Source of the DNA: an archaeon
GTDB lineage: Archaea > Iainarchaeota > Iainarchaeia > Iainarchaeales > Iainarchaeaceae
Length of the DNA stretch: 14,851 nucleotides
Direction: 5' to 3'
NCBI GenBank assembly: GCA_035289485.1
Contig: DATDXA010000038.1
Coordinates: 1 to 14,851 of the forward strand
Both the position numbers and the translations under genes were made by a program. The notes below the pieces were generated by a model. It did not search any database. It saw only the letters and a program-made list of their open reading frames with translations, and was not told the DNA's origin. Of this stretch, positions 6,541 through 13,943 are shown piece after piece (positions within the stretch are counted from its first letter, which is position 1; every line of letters starts with the position of its first letter).

Positions 6541-6632
6541 AGCAGGAAATGGTATTGCCTCTGTCCCTTCGCAGAAGGGACAAGTCCGCTCCCTTCCGAG
6601 GAGCAGCTCGGACGCCACAGGTGATTGAATGA
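6520..6632 (+). repeat. duplicated pheS 3' end (direct repeat, 92-bp period)
   Basis: ACTCCTCAGGTGATTGAATGA (6520-6540) vs ACGCCACAGGTGATTGAATGA (6612-6632): 19/21 identical, last 15 identical, and both read TPQVIE*. Confidence 0.85.
6562..6617 (+). ncRNA. structured intergenic element, copy 2 (hairpin plus pseudoknot motif)
   Basis: Perfect 9-bp hairpin TGTCCCTTC-GCA-GAAGGGACA (6562-6582), then GCTC-CCT-TCCGAG-GAGC-AG-CTCGGA (6588-6612), then CGCCA. Confidence 0.55.
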
Positions 6633-6645
6633 GAGGTGAAATCTG

Positions 6646-8301
6646 ATGCCGACAATTAATATCAGCAAAAAGGATCTCGAAACCCTTCTTGGAAAAAAAC
6701 TTTCAATGCAGGAGCTTGCGGACGCGCTGCTTTATGTGAAGGGGGAAATTGACGGCGCAGAAGGGGACAGCATAAAAGTGGATGTTAAGGAAACCCTGCG
6801 CCCGGATCTTTGGAGCACCGAAGGAATCGCGCGCGAACTCCGAGCGAAGATGGGAATGCAAAAAGGGCTCCCGGATTACAAGGTTGCAAAGGCGAAAGTT
6901 TCCTGCACAATAGATCAGACAGTTGAAAATGTGCGGCCGTTTATTGCCTGCGCAATAGTGCGCAACGTAAAAGTTACGGAAAATTTTCTTATACAGATGA
7001 TACAGCTGCAGGAGAAAGTGGGAACAAGCTTTGGCAGAAAAAGAAAAGAGGCCGGAATTGGATTGTACGATTTTGAAAAGATGACTCCGCCGGTTTTCTA
7101 CAGGGGTTATAAGGACAAGGAAATAGAATACGTCCCGCTCGAATACAAGGTGAAAATGCGCCCAAGCGAAATACTTTCTCAGCACCCCAAAGGAAAAGAA
7201 TTTGGGCACCTGCTGAAAGGATTTGACAGGTATCCGATTGTGATTGATTCGGCTGGAGTAGTGGCATCCATGCCGCCCATAATCAATTCCGAAGCCACAG
7301 GAAAAATCACGGAAAAAACAAAAGACATTTTCATCGAATCCACAGGATATGATTGGGAAAAGGTCAATATTGCGCTTAAGGTCATATGCATGGCCCTTGC
7401 AGATAGGGGCGGAAAAATAGAGGGCGTTAAAATAATTTTCCCGAAAACAAAAACGTACCCAAAAAAGCCGATTGAAACGCCCTTTTTTGGCACAAAAAAA
7501 ATCACCGTGCCCATAGATTATTTCAGGCAGGTCTCCGGGCTTGAACTTACGGAAAAGCAGCTCGTGCCGCTGCTTGAGCGCGCGAGATACTCGGTGAAGA
7601 AAAAGGGCGCATCACTCGAACTTGAGTACCCTGACTTTCGCAATGACATAATGCACCCAGTTGATGTTGTTGAGGACATGCTAATTAGCTATGATTACAA
7701 CAAAATCGTCCCGCAAAGGCCAAAGCTTGCGGTCGTAGGTGAAGAGCTTAAGCAAACCGCATACATTGACAAGATCCGTGATGTTTGTGTTGGAATGGGA
7801 TTGCAGGAAGTTCTCACGTTCAATTTGACTTCGCGCGAAAAGCAGGAGAAGATGGTTTTACTAAAGGGCGAGGAGTTTGTTGAGATTGCAAACCCTGTTT
7901 CAACTAACTGGAGCATACTGCGCAAAAATATTTACCCCGAGCTTTTGGAATTTCTCTCCAAAAACAAGCACGCTGAATACCCGCAGGGGATATTTGAAGT
8001 GGGAACAGCGCTCGCACTTGACAGTTCAAGCGATATCAAGACAAGGCAGATGAATAAGCTCTGCATTGTAATGTCCGGGCGCGAGTTCGGGTTCACGCGG
8101 ATAAAATCGGTGTTCGAGGCGGTTTGCCACGAGCTTGGAAAGAAATGCACACTTAGCGCAACGAGCAATCCTTCGCTTAAGGATGGCAGGCGCGGAGCAA
8201 TCGGCGGAGATTCGAAAGGAATACTCGGAGAACTCTCAGAGCAGGTTGCGAAGAACTTCGGACTTGAGAATGCGGTTGTTGTTCTGGAAATGGAAGTTTA
8301 A
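6646..8301 (+). CDS. pheT: phenylalanine--tRNA ligase beta subunit (archaeal type)
   Basis: MPTI start, RPDLWSTEGIAREL, SMPPIINS and RNDIMHPVDVVED. SD GAGGTGA upstream; follows pheS. Confidence 0.98.
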   Translation: MPTINISKKDLETLLGKKLSMQELADALLYVKGEIDGAEGDSIKVDVKETLRPDLWSTEGIARELRAKMGMQKGLPDYKVAKAKVSCTIDQTVENVRPFIACAIVRNVKVTENFLIQMIQLQEKVGTSFGRKRKEAGIGLYDFEKMTPPVFYRGYKDKEIEYVPLEYKVKMRPSEILSQHPKGKEFGHLLKGFDRYPIVIDSAGVVASMPPIINSEATGKITEKTKDIFIESTGYDWEKVNIALKVICMALADRGGKIEGVKIIFPKTKTYPKKPIETPFFGTKKITVPIDYFRQVSGLELTEKQLVPLLERARYSVKKKGASLELEYPDFRNDIMHPVDVVEDMLISYDYNKIVPQRPKLAVVGEELKQTAYIDKIRDVCVGMGLQEVLTFNLTSREKQEKMVLLKGEEFVEIANPVSTNWSILRKNIYPELLEFLSKNKHAEYPQGIFEVGTALALDSSSDIKTRQMNKLCIVMSGREFGFTRIKSVFEAVCHELGKKCTLSATSNPSLKDGRRGAIGGDSKGILGELSEQVAKNFGLENAVVVLEMEV

Positions 8302-8346
8302 CCCGAAAAGGAAAAGAATTAATAAAGCCAAATCGGTAGTTACATA

Positions 8347-8523
8347 ATGAAAAGAAAACCAATTGGACATTCTTCTATGCGAAAGCCTACTGACAGATTA
8401 GGCATAGGGGATTTCATCGGATATGGTCACATACAATTTTCTCCTGAGAAAAAACCGCATTTGTATCTGCGACTCAAACCAAAGAAATCAACAGCAAGAG
8501 TCACATCTAATGATAAAAAGTAG
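8347..8523 (+). CDS. small basic hypothetical protein (58 aa), below the ORF-track cutoff
   Basis: MKRKPIGHSSMRKPTDRLGIGDFIGYGHIQFSPEKKPHLYLRLKPKKSTARVTSNDKK* fills the pheT-rfcL gap without overlap. A TATA-like AATTAATAAA lies about 25 nt upstream. Confidence 0.5.
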   Translation: MKRKPIGHSSMRKPTDRLGIGDFIGYGHIQFSPEKKPHLYLRLKPKKSTARVTSNDKK

Positions 8524-8549
8524 AATTGAATTGCCAGATACCATGCTTT

Positions 8550-9956
8550 TCAGAACAGCTTTGTCTGATTCCCGGTGCGCGGCCCTGCGGGCTCATCATC
8601 CGAATCAGGAACCTCTTTTTTCACTTCTTCTAAATCTTCATTCACTTCGCTAGCTTCTGCAAATGGAGCGGGTTTTGGCCGCGCGTTCTGGCCTAAAATC
8701 TCAGAAACCTCGGCAAGAATTGATTGCACCTTTTTTGTTTCGGGCGTGGTGTCCAGCAGGAACGCAAGCTCTTTCTCCTCAAGGCCAAAAGAGGCTGTGA
8801 GCGCAACCGCACTCTCTCGGTTTTCAAATATCATTTTCAAATATGGCAAATCCGCGGAAATCACCTTGCGCGATGAGGAGTTTGTCAATTTTCCTATTTT
8901 GAGGCCGAGCTGTTTTTTCATGTTGCGAAGGCCTGAAGTTTTAGAGAGCATCGAGAGAAGCCCCGGAAACTGATACATCACAAAATCGTTCGAAGGCTTT
9001 TGCTTTGAGAGAGCAACGCCCTCGGCTGCGAGTTCGGTTGAGTACTTGAGAAAGCCCCAATGCTGCCTGTTGTAAATTCTGCCATTGAAAACATCCGCGC
9101 GCGAAAGCCTGTCGAACGCGAGAGCCACATCATCGGCATTTGAATACTGCCGCGGAATATTTTCCTCGACCCACTGAAAGAGCATGTCGTTACTCAAATC
9201 GCTTTGCGAGCGCATGCTTCGAATTTGTGCAAAATCCATTCCCTTGAAAATGGCTTTCATTATGCCAAAAACTTTCTGCTGGCGCTCTCGATAGGAGAGA
9301 GATTTTGCATCTTCCATTGAAACATTTCCCGCGAACGCAAGAGTTTCAAGGTCAAGAAGAGCAGAGCGCATATCCCCTGAAGAATTTCGCGCAAGCTCTT
9401 TTATTGATTCTGGGTCGTAAGTGATTTTTTCAATTTTTAAAATTTGTTCAAGGCGCTTTGCAATTGATAAGTAATTTATTTTCTTGAATTCAAATGCTTT
9501 GCAGATAAAACGGAGTGCTGAAATTGTTTTGTCTGAAAAAATGTCGGTTGCGGTGAGAATTACCGGGTTTTGCGCATTTTTAACAATTGAAGCGATTGCG
9601 GAGGCTCCGCCCCTATCACGTGAAGTGAGAGCGTCAACTTCATCTAAAAGAACAAGCCTTCGTGAGGCAAACATTGAGGCGTTCTGCGAAGCGGTCCCTG
9701 CAATCCGCTCAATCGAATCTTTCGAGCGCAAATCAGAGCTATTCAGCTCAACTACATCCCACTTGAACTGCTTTGCAATAAGGTATGCAAGGCAGGTTTT
9801 CCCAGAGCCGGTCTGCCCCCAGAGAAGAAGAGGCGGCTGCTTTTCACCCGCGTTCCACTTCTTTGCCCACTCCTCGGCCTTTTGCGCAATTTCGGAGTTA
9901 CCAATGAACTCATCAAAAGAAGAGGGAAAATACTTTTCAGTCCACATCTGCGCCAT
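8550..9956 (-). CDS. rfcL: replication factor C large subunit
   Basis: WTEKYFP, Walker A GQTGSGKT, ELNSSD, Walker B DEVD, GDMRSA, WVEENIP and a C-terminal PIP-box-like QTKLF. Start re-assigned to MAQMW at 9956. Confidence 0.95.
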   Translation of the reverse strand: MAQMWTEKYFPSSFDEFIGNSEIAQKAEEWAKKWNAGEKQPPLLLWGQTGSGKTCLAYLIAKQFKWDVVELNSSDLRSKDSIERIAGTASQNASMFASRRLVLLDEVDALTSRDRGGASAIASIVKNAQNPVILTATDIFSDKTISALRFICKAFEFKKINYLSIAKRLEQILKIEKITYDPESIKELARNSSGDMRSALLDLETLAFAGNVSMEDAKSLSYRERQQKVFGIMKAIFKGMDFAQIRSMRSQSDLSNDMLFQWVEENIPRQYSNADDVALAFDRLSRADVFNGRIYNRQHWGFLKYSTELAAEGVALSKQKPSNDFVMYQFPGLLSMLSKTSGLRNMKKQLGLKIGKLTNSSSRKVISADLPYLKMIFENRESAVALTASFGLEEKELAFLLDTTPETKKVQSILAEVSEILGQNARPKPAPFAEASEVNEDLEEVKKEVPDSDDEPAGPRTGNQTKLF

Positions 9957-9991
9957 GAAACAAAAAGGCGTGAAAAGCAATAAAAGGGAAT

Positions 9992-11128
9992 TCATTTGCT
10001 TTGCAAATCGATTTCCTTTAGCAGCATATCTTTCGGCGCGGAAACTGAGTACTCCTTGGATTTGCCCATATTTCCAAGCGAAATTGCGCGCACTAAAACA
10101 AGCCCCTGCTTTTCAAGCTTTGCAAGGATTTCGCGAAGGCGCCTCTCCTTTAATTCATTGCCTTTTTTTGAGGAGTAAATTTCGTGGATTTTCCCCGAGA
10201 GCACCGGCTGGCTTTGCGCGATTATGCGTAGGAGCTCAAGCTCATCTTTTGCAAGGTGCTTGAGCCCTTTTAGAAGCGAAACAGCGCCAACGTCAGCGAA
10301 CGCGCCTTTGAGGTCCGCAACCGTAACTTTTCCGGTGTTCGCGCGCTCAGCTGCCCTTCCGGCCTTGAGCAGCGATTCAAGCGCCACTCTGCAATCCCCG
10401 CCGGATTTTCCGGCATTAGCGGCAGCAACCCCTATCACATCCTTTTCAAGCGCGCCTTTAACGAACGCTTTTTCTGCGCGCTCCGATAGAATTGATTTGA
10501 GCTGCGATGGAGTGTAAGGCTCGAAAATAAGTGTCTGCTCGGCTAGAGAGCTGCGTATGCGCGGGTCAAGCTTTGCCGTGAGTTCTGAATCATTTGAAAT
10601 CATCACAATGCCAAGGCGCAGCTTTTCGTATTCTACTATGCGCAAAAGATCGTATAGGAGCTTTGCATTATCCTCAGTGAGCATAAGCTGGTCGACTTCA
10701 TCTAGCACAACAATCGGAGTGAAACTGCACTTGCGCAAGGACTCCACAAGCTTTGTGAAAATCTCATCGGTTGCAAGGCCGCGGCGCGGGACAACCGCCC
10801 CGATGAAATTTGCAATCGCTGCGAGAACCGAGGGGCGGGAATTGTACTCAAAGCAATTTAGGTATATGCTCTTTGCGCGATCGTGAGATTGCTCAAGCTC
10901 ACGGAGCACATACTTTGCGCACACGGTTTTTCCAACTCCTGTTGGGCCTGCAAGGAAGATATTCATCGGCTTTCTTCCCTGAAGTATTGGCCTAAAGCAG
11001 TACGCAAGCGAATCCAGTTCATTGTCCCTGTGCGGGAGCTTTTCTGGAATGAACTCCGGGTAGAGAAAGCGCTCATCTAAGAATACATTGCGCTCTGTTG
11101 CTGCTTGGGAGAAAAGTCCTTTTGGCAT
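9992..11128 (-). CDS. cdc6: Orc1/Cdc6 replication initiator
   Basis: PEKLPHRDNE, Walker A GPTGVGKT, YLNC, Walker B LDEVD, LDPRIRSSL, FEPY, GDCR and a C-terminal winged helix. Confidence 0.96.
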   Translation of the reverse strand: MPKGLFSQAATERNVFLDERFLYPEFIPEKLPHRDNELDSLAYCFRPILQGRKPMNIFLAGPTGVGKTVCAKYVLRELEQSHDRAKSIYLNCFEYNSRPSVLAAIANFIGAVVPRRGLATDEIFTKLVESLRKCSFTPIVVLDEVDQLMLTEDNAKLLYDLLRIVEYEKLRLGIVMISNDSELTAKLDPRIRSSLAEQTLIFEPYTPSQLKSILSERAEKAFVKGALEKDVIGVAAANAGKSGGDCRVALESLLKAGRAAERANTGKVTVADLKGAFADVGAVSLLKGLKHLAKDELELLRIIAQSQPVLSGKIHEIYSSKKGNELKERRLREILAKLEKQGLVLVRAISLGNMGKSKEYSVSAPKDMLLKEIDLQSK

Positions 11129-11243
11129 ATGGAGTAAATAACGCTTTTCCGGTTATTAAAAAGCACGCAGTGCCGCACCGGCACCGAGGTGTCTGCAAAG
11201 CAATATATTCGCGCAAAAACCAAAGTACCACTAGGCTCATATA

Positions 11244-11304
11244 GGTGGGAAAGAGTTAGGGGGAACCAGACTGCTTTTAATTCACCCCCCCTTAACTCCC
11301 AATC
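11244..11304. repeat. G-string inverted repeat upstream of cdc6 (candidate origin/ORB-like pair)
   Basis: GAGTTAGGGGG (11253-11263) is inverted against CCCCCCCTTAACTC (11285-11298) in a 213-bp non-coding gap next to cdc6. Confidence 0.4.
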
Positions 11305-11341
11305 CTTCCTTGCGAAAATCCCGCCTAAGCCGGAGCAACAC

Positions 11342-12079
11342 TTATTGGGCGATTTCTGGCTCTAGGAGCACTGAGAGCTTTTCAGAAAAATCAAAAAACT
11401 TTTCCCTGTTTTCACGTGCACGCGAAAGTTTTTTTAGCGGATTATTGAAAATGGCCTTAATTTTCCCGGGGTTTTTTGACATCACAATTATCCGGTCGCC
11501 AAGGGTTATTGCTTCCTCGATGTCGTGGGTAACCAGTATTATCGGCATTTTTTCCACCTTGTGTATTTCAAGCATCAAGCTAGCCATCTTCCTGCGCGTT
11601 ATGGCATCAAGCGCCGCAAAGGGCTCATCCATCAGGAGAATTTTTGGCTTATTTGCAAGCGCCCTTGCAAGAGCAACCCTTTGCTGCATCCCGATAGAGA
11701 GCATGAAAGGGTAATGATTGCCAAATTCAGAGAGCCCGACTTCTAAGAGGAGTTTTTTATGGTCGGCCTTTTCCCCTGAGAGGGAAGGCCCAAATGAAAT
11801 GTTTGACTCTGTGTCCATCCACGGGAACAATGATGGCTTTTGAAAAACTATTCCCACGGATTTTGAAGGGCCTTTTATTTCGGCGCCTTCGAAAATTACC
11901 TTTCCCTCATCCGGCTTTGAAAAACCCGCAATAAGCCCAAGAAGGGTTGATTTGCCACAGCCGCTTGGCCCGAGAATTACGGTGATTCCCTCATTGCAGC
12001 GCAGGCTTACATCATCAAGGGCTGTGAATCTTTTGCCATTGCTGCTAAAGTGCTTTGAAACCTTGGAAATATGCAGCAT
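11342..12079 (-). CDS. NitT/TauT-family ABC transporter ATP-binding protein
   Basis: Walker A GPSGCGKS, VFQ, LFPW, LSIGMQQR, LLMDEPFAALD and VTHD. Confidence 0.95.
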   Translation of the reverse strand: MLHISKVSKHFSSNGKRFTALDDVSLRCNEGITVILGPSGCGKSTLLGLIAGFSKPDEGKVIFEGAEIKGPSKSVGIVFQKPSLFPWMDTESNISFGPSLSGEKADHKKLLLEVGLSEFGNHYPFMLSIGMQQRVALARALANKPKILLMDEPFAALDAITRRKMASLMLEIHKVEKMPIILVTHDIEEAITLGDRIIVMSKNPGKIKAIFNNPLKKLSRARENREKFFDFSEKLSVLLEPEIAQ

Positions 12080-12877
12080 CTAAATCACCCTGTTCTTTTC
12101 AGCCCAGCCAAAAAGCGATGCATTTGCAAACCGCAATGATTTGTCCATAACAAGGCCAATTAGCAAAGTCAGAAGCAGCAGCCCGAACAGTTCGCCCGTG
12201 TGCAAAAATCTTTGTGCAAGAATTAGGCGATGGCCAAGCCCGGAAGTTGCCGATACAACCTCTGCCATAATTACAATGGCCCATGCTGCGCCCAGTTCAA
12301 TGCGTATAATCTCGACAAGATCTGGAAGAATTTTGGGAAAAACAACTTTAATGAGCGCATCATGCCATGAAGCGCCAAGTGAATATGCAACATAGAGATA
12401 TTCTTTCTCAATTGAAGCTGCGGCATTTGAAATGTAGAGTGTTGCAAATGGAAGAGTTCCGAAAAACACTATGAAATATTTTTGCTCTTCTCCAAGGCCA
12501 AGCCAGAGAATTGAAATCGGGACAATTGCAGCCGATGGAATGTAGCGAAAGAGGCTAAGAAGCGGCTCGAAAAAATTGCTGAGTTTTCTTGAACTGCCTG
12601 AAAGTATTCCAACCGGAATTGCAACAGCCATTGCGAGAATAAAACCTGCAAAAAGCCTTGCAATTGATGTGGCGGCATCTGAGAGGACATTACCTTGCAG
12701 CAAAAGGGCGGCGAGTTCTGAAACCGTGTCCCAGGGCGATGCAAAAAACTGCGGCGCTATGGCTCCTGAAAATGTAAAAATTCCCCAAAAAGTGAGCATG
12801 CAGGCAAGGCCAAGAAAATAAAATTTGCTACCCTGGCCTTTTGCCTGCGTGCCCTGGGTTTTTTCCACTGAACTCAC
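12080..12877 (-). CDS. NitT/TauT-family ABC transporter permease
   Basis: Multiple TM helices, RYIPSAA, an EAA-like loop (YVAYSLGAS) and AEVVSATSGLG. Confidence 0.93.
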   Translation of the reverse strand: MSSVEKTQGTQAKGQGSKFYFLGLACMLTFWGIFTFSGAIAPQFFASPWDTVSELAALLLQGNVLSDAATSIARLFAGFILAMAVAIPVGILSGSSRKLSNFFEPLLSLFRYIPSAAIVPISILWLGLGEEQKYFIVFFGTLPFATLYISNAAASIEKEYLYVAYSLGASWHDALIKVVFPKILPDLVEIIRIELGAAWAIVIMAEVVSATSGLGHRLILAQRFLHTGELFGLLLLTLLIGLVMDKSLRFANASLFGWAEKNRVI

Positions 12878-13839
12878 TTCCCAAGTTCGCGCACAATTGA
12901 TTGGTCTATTAGCGCGTTTACATCAACCGGGGCGCTAATCATTCCATCCTGCACCGCAATCTGGTTTATTTCTTCTGCAAGAGAATAAATCGGCCCATCG
13001 AAAAAGGCCTTTGCCTCCTGCAGCGAGTTCCATCTAAGTGTTGCGGAAATCTCCCTGAATTCCTCCGGCGTCATGGAGTAATGCGCTGACATTATGCGGT
13101 ATGACTCGCCTGGATTTGTTGCAATGTACTGCTGCGCATCTATCCACGCTTCAATGAATGCCTTTATTGCAGGCCTTTTGTTTTGCAACGCAGCAGGAGT
13201 TGGAGCGACAACATCCACAATTTTTCCGGGAACATCTGCGCTTGAGACAAGTATTTTGCCCCCGGAACTTGCGGCGGCTTTTGAAAGCCATGGCTCCCAG
13301 GTGCACGCGGCATCCACATCACCATTGAAAAAAGCCGCGCCCGCTTCATCTGCCGGGATGTCAAGGAACTGCACACTGTTTTTTTCAATTCCCTGTTTTT
13401 CCATCAGGCTGCGCAGGAAAAAATATGCGGGAACGCCAATCTGGCACGCAACTTTTTTCCCCTCAAGGCCTTTTAGCGTTGCAATTGATTGCTTTGAAAT
13501 TACGCCATCTGCTCCGAGAGATTCATCTAACATGTAAACGAACCGTTGCTCGCTGCCTGCCCCAACATCGACTATGCCCATATCAACCGTGTGCAGCACG
13601 ATGTCAGCGTTGCCGCCTGCAAGCATTGCCCGAACTTCCGATTGCCCTTCAATTTCAAGTATTTTAACATCAATACCCCTTTGCGCAAAAAAGCCTTTTT
13701 CCTGCGCAATATAGAGCGGGCCATAGCCAACCCATGTTGGCGAAACAACTACAAGCCCTGTTGCCTCACGCGGCGCGCCTGCGCATCCTGCAATTAGGAT
13801 TGCAAAAGCCGCCAGCGCGAAAATTTTCATATTGCCCAT
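12874..13839 (-). CDS. SsuA/THI5-like ABC substrate-binding lipoprotein
   Basis: Lipobox LIAGC, WVGYGPLYIAQEKGFF, DESLGADG and TWEPW; 4-bp overlap with the permease. The substrate cannot be determined. Confidence 0.92.
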   Translation of the reverse strand: MGNMKIFALAAFAILIAGCAGAPREATGLVVVSPTWVGYGPLYIAQEKGFFAQRGIDVKILEIEGQSEVRAMLAGGNADIVLHTVDMGIVDVGAGSEQRFVYMLDESLGADGVISKQSIATLKGLEGKKVACQIGVPAYFFLRSLMEKQGIEKNSVQFLDIPADEAGAAFFNGDVDAACTWEPWLSKAAASSGGKILVSSADVPGKIVDVVAPTPAALQNKRPAIKAFIEAWIDAQQYIATNPGESYRIMSAHYSMTPEEFREISATLRWNSLQEAKAFFDGPIYSLAEEINQIAVQDGMISAPVDVNALIDQSIVRELGK

Positions 13840-13891
13840 TTTTCTAAAACCCCCTTTTACGAGATAGCTGCACGCGGAGTTATTAGAGATT

Positions 13892-13919
13892 TGTCGTCTT
13901 TCTTACGACACTTTTAAAA
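13892..13919. promoter_or_regulatory. palindromic operator candidate next to a TATA box
   Basis: TGTCGT-N7-ACGACA (13892-13910) lies immediately before TTTTAAAA (13912-13919), between the divergent ABC operon and trmB. Confidence 0.55.
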
Positions 13920-13943
13920 CGCTTTTGGGGGTGAATTAGCTGC

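Noticed and set aside
6541..6645. T-box riboswitch or true tRNA between pheS and pheT
   Set aside because: TGGTATTGC only loosely echoes the T-box bulge, and there is no stem I or antiterminator. No cloverleaf or TTCRA T-loop is present.
8423..8653. 76-aa plus-strand ORF
   Set aside because: It overlaps the rfcL 3' end. The non-overlapping 8347-8523 ORF fits the gap and promoter position better.
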